NCBI RefSeq assembly: GCF_964355755.1
Contig: NC_092677.1
Span: 20,420,101 to 20,484,100 of the forward strand
Direction of reading: 5' to 3'
Length of the DNA: 64,000 bases
Origin: Antedon mediterranea
Lineage: Eukaryota; Animalia; Echinodermata
Every line of letters begins with the position of its first letter. The stretch's first letter is position 1. The position numbers and the translations under genes were made by a program. Below are positions 1 to 8,222 of the stretch, one piece after another. The notes under the pieces are model-generated. The model had not been told where the DNA came from. It worked only from the letters and a program-made list of their open reading frames with translations, and did not search any database.

Positions 1-3000
1 GATTTTCGAAAAAACTTGTTAACATAAAAACACCAAAGTGCTCAGAATAACTTCAAATCGTATTTTGAGACGTTTTAGACAATTTTGTGATTTTCGAAAA
101 AACTTGTTAACATAAAAACACCAAAGTGCTTAGAAAAGCTTCAAATCGCATTTGGAGACGTTTTAGACCATTTTGTGCATTTCGATGAAACTTGGTTACA
201 CAAAAACATCAAAGTGTACAGAATAGCTTCAAATCCCATTAGAAACCGTTTTAGACCATTTTGAGCATTTCGAAAAAACTTTTTCACACAAAACATCAAA
301 GTGTACAGAATAGCTTCAAATCGCATTTGGAGACGTTTTAACCCATTTTGACAATTTCGATAAAATTTTACACACAAAAACATCAAAGTGCACAAAATAG
401 CTTAATATGGTATTTAAAAACGTTTTAGACCATTTTGAGCATTTCAACAAAACTTTTTCTCACAAAACATCAAAGTGTACAGAATAGCTTCAAATCGCAT
501 TTGGAGACGTTTTAGACCATTTTGTGCATTTCGATGAAACTTGGTTACACAAAAACATCAAAGTGCTTAAAATCACATTTTGAGCATTTCGTTAAAACTT
601 TTCACACAAAAACATCAAAGTCCACAAAATAGCTTAATATCGTATTTAAAAACGTTTTAGACCATTTTGAGCATTTCGAAAAAACTTTTCCACACAAAAC
701 ATCAAAGTTTACAAAATAGCTTCAAATCGCATTTGGAGACGTTTTAGACCATTTTGTGATTTTCGAAAAAACTTGTTAACATAAAAACACCAAAGTGCTC
801 AGAATACCTTCAAATCGCATTTGGAGACGTTTTAGACCATTTTGTGATTTTCGAAAAAACTTGTTAACATAAAAACACCAAAGTGCTCAGAATACCTTCA
901 AATCGTGTTTTGAGACGTTTTAGACCATTTTGTGATTTTCGAAAAAACTTGTTAACATAAAAACACCAAAGTGCTTAGAAAAGCTTCAAATCGCATTTGG
1001 AGACGTTTTAGACCATTTAGTTCATTTCGATGAAACTTGGTTACACAAAAACATCAAAGAGCACAAAAGATCTTAATATCGTATTTAAAAACGTTTTAGA
1101 CCATTTTGAGCATTTCGAAAAAACTTTTTCACACAAAACATCAAAGTGTACAAAATAGCTTCAAATCGCATTTGGAGACGTCTTAGACAATTTTGTGATT
1201 TTCGAAAAAACTTGTTTACATAAAAACACCAAAGTGCTTAGAAAAGCTTCAAATCGCATTTGGAGACGTTTTAAACCATTTTGTTCATTTCGATGAAACT
1301 TGGTTACACAAAAACATCAAAGAGCACAAAAGTATTTAAAAACGTTTTAGACCATTTTGAGCATTCCGACAAAACTTTTTCACACAAAACATCAAAGTGT
1401 ACAGAATAGCTTTAAATCGCATTTGGAGACGTTTTAGACCATTTTTTTAGTTTTCGAAAAACTTGTTAACATAAAAACACAAAAGAGCTTCAAATCGCAT
1501 TTGGAGACGTTTTAGACCCTTTTGTGCATTTCGATGAAACTTGGTTACACAAAAACATCAAAGTGCTTAAAATCACATTAGAAACCGTTTTAGACTTTTT
1601 TGAGCATTTCGTTAAAACTTTTCACACAAAAACATCAAAGTCCACAAAATAGCTTAATATCGTATTTAAAAACGTTTTAGACCATTTTGTGATTTTCGAA
1701 AAAACTTGTTAACATAAAAACACCAAAGTGCTCAGAATACCTTCAAATCGCATTTTGAGACGTTTTAGACCATTTTGTGATTTTCGAAAAAACTTGTTAA
1801 CATAAAAACACCAAAGTGCTCAGAATACCTTCAAATCGTGTTTTGAGACGTTTTAGACCATTTTGTGATTTTGGAAAAACTTGTTAACATAAAAACACCA
1901 AAGTGCTCAGAATACCTTGAAATCGCATTTGGAGACGTTTTAGACCATTTTGTGCATTTCGATGAAACTTGGTTACACAAAAACATCAAAGTGCTTAAAA
2001 TCACATTAGAAACCGTTTTAGACCATTTTGAGCATTTCGTTAAAATTTTTCACAGAAAAACATCAAAGAGCAAAAAATAGCTTAATATCGTATTTAAAAA
2101 CGTTTTAGACCATTTTGAGCATTTCGACAAAACTTTTTCACACAAAACATCAAAGTGTACAGAATAGCTTCAAATCGCATTTGGAGACGTTTTAGACCAT
2201 TTTGTGATTTTCGAAAAAACTTGTTAACATAAAAACACCAAAGTGCTCAGAATACCTTCAAATCGTATTTTGAGACGTTTTAGACAATTTTGTGATTTTC
2301 GAAAAAACTTGTTAACATAAAAACACCAAAGTGCTTAGAAAAGCTTCAAATCGCATTTGGAGACGTTTTAGACCATTTTGTGCATTTCGATGAAACTTGG
2401 TTACACAAAAACATCAAAGTGCTTAAAATCACATTTTGAGCATTTCGTTAAAACTTTTCACACAAAAACATCAAAGAGCAAAAAATAGCTTAATATCGTA
2501 TTTAAAAACGTTTTAGACCATTTTGAGCATTTCGACAAAACTTTTTCACACAAAACATCAAAGTGTACAAAATAGCTTCAAATCGCATTTGGAGACGTTT
2601 TAGACAATTTTGTGATTTTCGAAAAAACTTGTTTACATAAAAACACCAAAGTGCTAAGAATAGCTTCCAATCGCATTTGGAGACGTTTTAGACCCTTTTG
2701 TGCATTTCGATGAAACTTGGTTACACAAAAACATCAAAGTGCTTAAAATCACATTAGAAACCGTTTTAGACCATTTTGAGCATTTCGTTAAAATTTTTCA
2801 CAGAAAAACATCAAAGAGCAAAAAATAGCTTAATATCGTATTTAAAAACGTTTTAGACCATTTTGAGCATTTCGACAAAACTTTTTCACACAAAACATCA
2901 AAGTGTACAGAATAGCTTCAAATCGCATTTGGAGACGTTTTAACCCATTTTGAGCATTTCGATAAAATTTTACACACAAAAACATCAAAGTGCACAAAAT

Positions 3001-3423
3001 AGCTTAATATGGTATTTAAAAACGTTTTAGACCATTTTGAGCATTTCAACAAAACTTTTTCTCACAAAACATCAAAGTGTACAGAATAGCTTCAAATCGC
3101 ATTTGGAGACGTTTTAGACCATTTTGTGCATTTCGATGAAACTTGGTTACACAAAAACATCAAAGTGCTTAAAATCACATTTTGAGCATTTCGTTAAAAC
3201 TTTTCACACAAAAACATCAAAGTCCACAAAATAGCTTAATATCGTATTTAAAAACGTTTTAGACCATTTTGAGCATTTCGAAAAAACTTTTCCACACAAA
3301 ACATCAAAGTTTACAAAATAGCTTCAAATCGCATTTGGAGACGTTTTAGACCATTTTGTGATTTTCGAAAAAACTTGTTAACATAAAAACACCAAAGTGC
3401 TCAGAATACCTTCAAATCGCATT
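1..3423 (+). repeat. Tandem satellite DNA, 87-88 bp monomer (left arm)
   Basis: CTTCAAATCG recurs at 51 and 139 (period 88). A common monomer is cttcaaatcgcatttggagacgttttagaccattttgtgattttcgaaaaaacttgttaacataaaaacaccaaagtgctcagaatac. The array runs off the window start and stops abruptly at ...ttcaaatcgcatt (3423; up to 3425 if 'ag' is counted). Confidence 0.98.
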
Positions 3424-3611
3424 AGTTAGTTATTTGTGAATGTTATAACGTAATGGTCGAGAGGTGATGGTTGAATTTTTGAGCTATGGCCGTTTCAAAT
3501 TGTGTCATTTTTAGGCTTAGGCTTGTGTCTACTCTAGTTGCAACACTGCCTTTCATGTGACAGCTGACCCAAATGAGTTTGGAAATGTTACATTATATTA
3601 ATTATTTAGGC

Positions 3612-6195
3612 CTGGCTGGGTAGGGTAGGCATATACCAATATTATAGGCCCTATTTTTATTTTAATACTAGGCCTAGGCCCTAGCTAGACCTGTGCTCTC
3701 TAGCAGCCTACTACAGAGAAGCAGCTTTCCGGCTTAGTTAGCCTGGCCTTGAGTAGGCTAGCCTACTACTAGCCTAATATGTATTAGTAGGCTACCTAAT
3801 TAAAATTAGGCCCAGGATCTACGCCTAGGCCTAGGCCTATATATTTTTAATATTATTTAATCAGTATAATTAATTTTAGTTTTAATAAATTTACAGTATT
3901 CATTACAAAAACTGTAAATTTAATATTATGAGGATTATATATACCATGTATGCAATGACATAGGGAATATTATAGGCCTACCCTGTATGTAATAATTACA
4001 ATATAAATAATGACAAGCATCATATTAACATTCGGTTTTGCTCATCACTGCATATTCAAATTAGTATGCAATCATATTAAATTTAATAAGTTAAGTTAAT
4101 TTTATAAAATTGTTATAATAATTATTAATGTTATACTATTGTAGGTAGCCTACATATATAGAGCAGTAACCTGAAGTGGCTAAGCAGATTTGGACCATAC
4201 CTACCATCTATATAGGTAAGATTATTTTGCTGTTCAAGAAGTAGCAAATATTAAATTGTGTTTACCATGCTATTAATTTTCAATATTAACAATCAATCAC
4301 TACCTCTGGCTGGGTAGGCTAGGCCTATATTATAGGCCCTATTTTTATGTTAATATACTAGCTAGACCTGTGCTCTCTATCACTAGCAGCAGCCTACAGA
4401 GAAGCAGCTTTCCAGCTTATTTAGCCTAGCCTAGAGCAATTAGGCTAGGTATAAGTAGACTACCTAATTAGGTCTAGGCTCTATGCCTATATATTATTAT
4501 TTAATTATTATTAATTTTAATTTAATATATTTACAGTATTTATTTAAATAATGTTTCTTATGAGAATACCTGGTTATATATACCCTATGCAATGACATAA
4601 GGCATATATGCCTTCCCTGTATGTAATAATTACAATTATTATAAATAATGAATTTTAACATTCGTTTTTGCTCATCACTGCATATTCAAATTAGTATGTA
4701 TGCAACATTATTAAATTTAATAAGCTAATTTCAAGTAATTCTTATAATAATGTTTTACTATTTTGTAGGTACATAGCGGCAACCCGAAGTGGCAAAAACA
4801 TTTTAAACAGATTTGGACCAATACCTAGCAGCCTACCATCTATATACAGTAGGTAAGTTTATTTTACTGCTCAAGAACTAGTAAATTTTAAATTGTGTTT
4901 ACCACGCTATTAATTTTCAATATTAACAATCAATCACTACCAGTGGCTGGGTAGGCTAGGCCTATATTATAGGCCCTATTTTTATTTTAATATACTAGCT
5001 AGACCTGTGGTCTCTAACACTAGCAGCCTACATAGAAGCAGCTTTCCAGCTTATTTAGCCTAGCCTAGAGCAATAGGCTAGGTATAAGTAGACTACCTAA
5101 TTAGGTCTAGGCTCTACGCCTATATATTATTATTTAATTATTATTAATTTTAGTTTTAATATATTTACAGTATTTTATTTAAATAATGTTTATTATGAGA
5201 ATACCTGGTTATATATACCCTATGCAATGACATAAGGCATATATGCCTACCCTGTATGTAATAATTACAATTATTATAAATAATGAATTTTAACATTCGT
5301 TTTTGCTCATCACTGCATATTCAAATTAGTATGTATGCAACCATATTAAATTTAATAAGCTAATTTTAATTAATTCTTATAGTAATGTTTTACTATTTTT
5401 TAGGTACATAGCGGCAACCCGAAGTGGAAAAATCATTTTAAACAGATTTGGACCAATACCTATACCTACCATCTATATTATAGGTAAGTTTATTTTACTG
5501 TTCAAGAACTAGTAAATTTTAAATTGTGTTTACCATGCTATTAATTTTCAATATTAACAACCAATCACTACCACTGGCTGGGCTAGGCTAGGCTAGGCCC
5601 TATTTTTATTTTAATATACTAGCTAGACCTGTGCTCTCTTGCACTAGCAGCCTAAGAGAAGCAGCTTTCCAGCTTATTTAGCCTAGCCTAGAGCAATAGG
5701 CTAGGTATTAGTAGGCTACCTAATTAGGCCTAGAGGCTATTATTAATTTTTATTTTTAATATATTTACAGTATTTATTACAAATAATGTTTATTATGAGG
5801 ATACCTGGTTATATATACCCTATGCAATGACATAAGGCATATATGCCTACCCTGTATGTAATAATTATAATTATTATAAATAATGAATTTTAACATTTGT
5901 TTTTGCTCATCACTGCATATTCAAATTAGTGTGTATGCAACCATTATAAATATAATAAGTTAATTTTAATTAATTCTTATTATAATGTTATACTATTACT
6001 ATTAATATTTTTTAGGTACATAATAATATAGTATAGCGGCAACCCAAAATGGCTAAAACATTTTAAACAGATTTGGACCAATACCTATACCTACCATCTA
6101 TATAGGTAAGTTTATTTTACTGTTCAAGAACTAGTAAATTTTAAATTGTGTTTACCATGCTATGAATTTGCAACTTTAACAATCAATCACTAACA
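3612..6195 (+). repeat. Four diverged tandem copies of a ~620-690 bp unit
   Basis: Units start at (c/g)tggctggg at ~3612, 4306, 4943 and 5574. Each carries ctagctagacctgtg, agaagcagctttcc, tatgcaatgacata, ttttgctcatcactgcatattcaaattagt, cagatttggacca and aattgtgtttacca in the same order. Spacings are ~694, 637, 631 and ~620 bp. Confidence 0.95.
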
Positions 6196-6382
6196 CATGT
6201 ACAGTACAGCAGTAGTACTATCAATCAATAGTAATTAGTTAGTAATTGAAATATAGACATACTATAGTATTACTTTTACATGTTCATTATCATTAGGCAT
6301 TGTTAATAGGAAATCAATACAATGCAATATTCCTTTAACATTTAAAAATGTACAATATTTTATGATCATTAATGTTAATGAA

Positions 6383-6654
6383 TCATTCTTTGTTGGCTTT
6401 CTTGCATTTGTTGGGTTTTATTATTTCATTTTGTATCATTGGAGATGTGAAAGTCAGATGAGTCTAAGTTTGACTCTAATCCACACTGCTGTTTTGTGAC
6501 GGTTGAGTTTGGCATGTATTAGCCTTGTTCAGAGACCACCTTCCATTCTCTCATGAATGCAATAGCATGGTGCTCAAGCATATGTAGCTTAGGCTGTATT
6601 ACACCTGGTGCAATATGCCTGTATTCTGCTAAAAATACTTGTATCATATTTTTT
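6383..6654 (-). pseudogene. Transposase C-terminal exon remnant (H-x4-H zinc ligands and catalytic-Glu region of a Chapaev/Transib/RAG1-type DDE transposase)
   Basis: Manual translation: NMIQVFLAEYRHIAPGVIQPKLHMLEHHAIAFMREWKVVSEQG [frameshift] IHAKLNRHKTAVW [frameshift] THLTFTSPMIQNEIIKPNKCKKANKE*, with the stop at 6383-6385. This fits the Chapaev-type pattern PKxHxLExH...W..GxG..EQGxESIHAxxN. The GxG segment and the xES carrying the presumed catalytic Glu are deleted. It is preceded by an apparently mutated acceptor (ttttttaattacat). Confidence 0.78.
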
Positions 6655-7020
6655 ATGTAATTAAAAAAATACTTAATTTACACATTAATACATTTTATAA
6701 TTTCAGAAATTTTGTGATGAAAAAGTCAATCTGTGGTGACTGTAGAATGGACCCGAGACCTGACTATCTTAGACATTTAAATAATAGAAAGTTCTGACAA
6801 TTTTGTTGAATAGAAATGTACAATGTATGATGTAATCTTAATTGAAAATTGGCAGTTTTTAAACTATGTATATAAATTAGGATGAGAAAACAGTTATTTG
6901 ATTATGAGGTATGTTCATTTAAATAAATGTGTTAGTATAAACTTTCAAAAAGAGTGAAGATATAAGGAAGAAAAGCAGATTATGGAGCAGCTGTACCAAA
7001 TAAAAAAACTGTTCCCTTAA

Positions 7021-7342
7021 ACGCCAGTGTGTTCTTTCACTTGTGAATGTAGTTTTTGCCCATGTCATAGTTGTTGTAAGTTGTTGGTGTAGCATGCCAA
7101 GCAATTTGTTCCATGCCCTGTTAATTTAAATGTTAGCGTGGTAGTATACAGTATCCATTGCAAATTCGTGAATGGCAGGTTGTACAAATGTATATAGGTT
7201 GTGATTTTACATTTGTTAGATTTAGTGCAAATTTGTGACGGCTTTTCATATTTTAAAAATTGTATTTTTTATCTTTTTCTTTAAATTTTGTTCCACAACA
7301 AAAGCAAGTAGAACGTAAAGCCTTTTCGTGAAACTGTGTTGC
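7021..7342 (-). pseudogene. Transposase N-terminal exon remnant: Chapa (RAG1 N-terminal-like) zinc finger
   Basis: After a strong acceptor (tttcttttcattttgtag|, exon start 7342) the manual translation is ATQFHEKALRSTCFCCGTKFKEKDKKYNF*NMKSRHKFALNLTNVKSQPIYICTTCHSRI, then after a frameshift LQWILYTTTLTFKLTGHGTNCLACYTNNLQQL*HGQK. The pattern H-x7-C-x2-C-G ... P-x3-C-x2-C ... H-x3-C-x2-C matches the Chapa domain of Chapaev transposases and the RAG1 N-terminus. It has two stops and a frameshift. Confidence 0.75.
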
Positions 7343-7859
7343 CTACAAAATGAAAAGAAATGTTAATTTTACCAACCTTTAATTTTATATTATATTTATC
7401 ATACAGTAGTTTGAGTATTTTTGTATAGGCTTTAATTTTAAGGGCCTAGCCTAGGCCTGGTAGTTAGTAGTTTTACTAAATTTTTACATTTATGATGAAT
7501 TATATTCAGTTGAAATAAATACAATGATAATAATTAAGCTTATTATTTAATCTATTGTAAATTAAAATGATGTATAGCATGATTACACTACTTATACGTA
7601 CCAACTAGGACTAGCTACAACCTAGGCCTAGTTGCGTACAGCCTAGCGAGCGGTTATCAGACGCGTTCATCGACCTCTCGCCAAATACGCTGTTTCGCAT
7701 TTAACAAAACAGTCGAGTTTTTCAATGAAAATTTCTTGAGATTTTCACCGTCACCTCCTAACAATTCAATGTCTCATGTAAGCATATATAATCAAACTTT
7801 TACCTAGATTTTCCAAGTATTTATGAAAATTACGAATAAAAACAAAAAGTGTACAATTT

Positions 7860-8183
7860 GACAAGCATTTTTTCAAACTTTCCATTGTTTACATTTGCTA
7901 GGCCGATCGATGTTAATTTTTAAAACTTCCGGGTGTAAATAATTTCGTAAACTTGGTGTTATGCTTAATTACTTATTATTTCCAAAAAATCGGTAATTAA
8001 AAAACTTATTTTCTAACAAATAGTATAAAAATGGTTTTATAATATTTATGACGAAATTGATTAAAATAATTTAAAGTGTAGTTATAAAAGTTGCAATTGT
8101 CGCGAAAGTTGAACGAGATTCAACCACTCGCGCGGCGTCACGCTCAGGCACATAACGCCGTCTGACAATATTGAGGGCGCTTG
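7860..8183 (-). promoter_or_regulatory. Possible transposase promoter / subterminal region
   Basis: Lies between the CAC end and the first recognisable coding exon. It has a local CpG-rich patch (8100-8180), an ETS-type ACTTCCGG at 7925-7932 and a forkhead-type TGTTTAC at 7886-7892. These are short motifs with positional support only. Confidence 0.25.
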
Positions 8184-8222
8184 ACTTTTTCTATTTATTT
8201 TACATTGGTTGAAACAGCTGTG
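8184..8222 (-). repeat. Putative transposon terminus (single surviving TIR), RSS-like
   Basis: Minus strand from the satellite junction: CACAGCT + GTTTCAACCAATGTAAAATAAAT (23 bp) + AGAAAAAGT. The CAC lies exactly at the junction. No partner TIR was found. Confidence 0.55.

Larger units (their letters stand above)
3424..8222 (-). mobile_element. Degenerate, internally deleted Chapaev / N-RAG-TP-like (CMC group) DNA transposon embedded in satellite; left terminus not identifiable
   Basis: Non-satellite island with sharp borders. The right border reads CACAGCTGTTTCAACC on the minus strand (Chapaev, Transib and RAG-type elements begin with CAC). It contains collinear N- and C-terminal transposase fragments reading away from that end. 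No matching left TIR or TSD was found, so 3424-6380 may not all belong to the element. Confidence 0.68.

Noticed and set aside
180-196. CENP-B box-like TTTCGATGAAACTTGGT
   Set aside because: It has TTCG, the A and the final GG, but lacks the essential CG of CGGG, so it is not a canonical box.
3453-3470. tggtcgagaggtgatg resembling the reverse complement of ~7667-7683
   Set aside because: About 15 bp with two gaps and no extension; probably chance.
3511-3524. TTAGGC x2 telomere-like repeat
   Set aside because: Only two units, within a TAGGC-rich background.
3559-3575. GACAGCTGACCCAAATG as the left TIR
   Set aside because: Only ACAGCTG matches the right end. It lacks the terminal C, is not at the junction and has no TSD.
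6919-7104. 61-aa ORF in the island
   Set aside because: It is out of frame with the zinc-finger remnant, runs into AT-rich intron-like sequence and has no recognisable motif.
6383-7342. Bona fide RAG1/RAG1L gene or ProtoRAG with RAG2L
   Set aside because: The C-terminal motif is PKLHMLEHH/EQG..IH (Chapaev-type), not RAG1's NYFHKTLAH/SEGNES. No kelch-like RAG2 sequence was recognised and the frame is disrupted.
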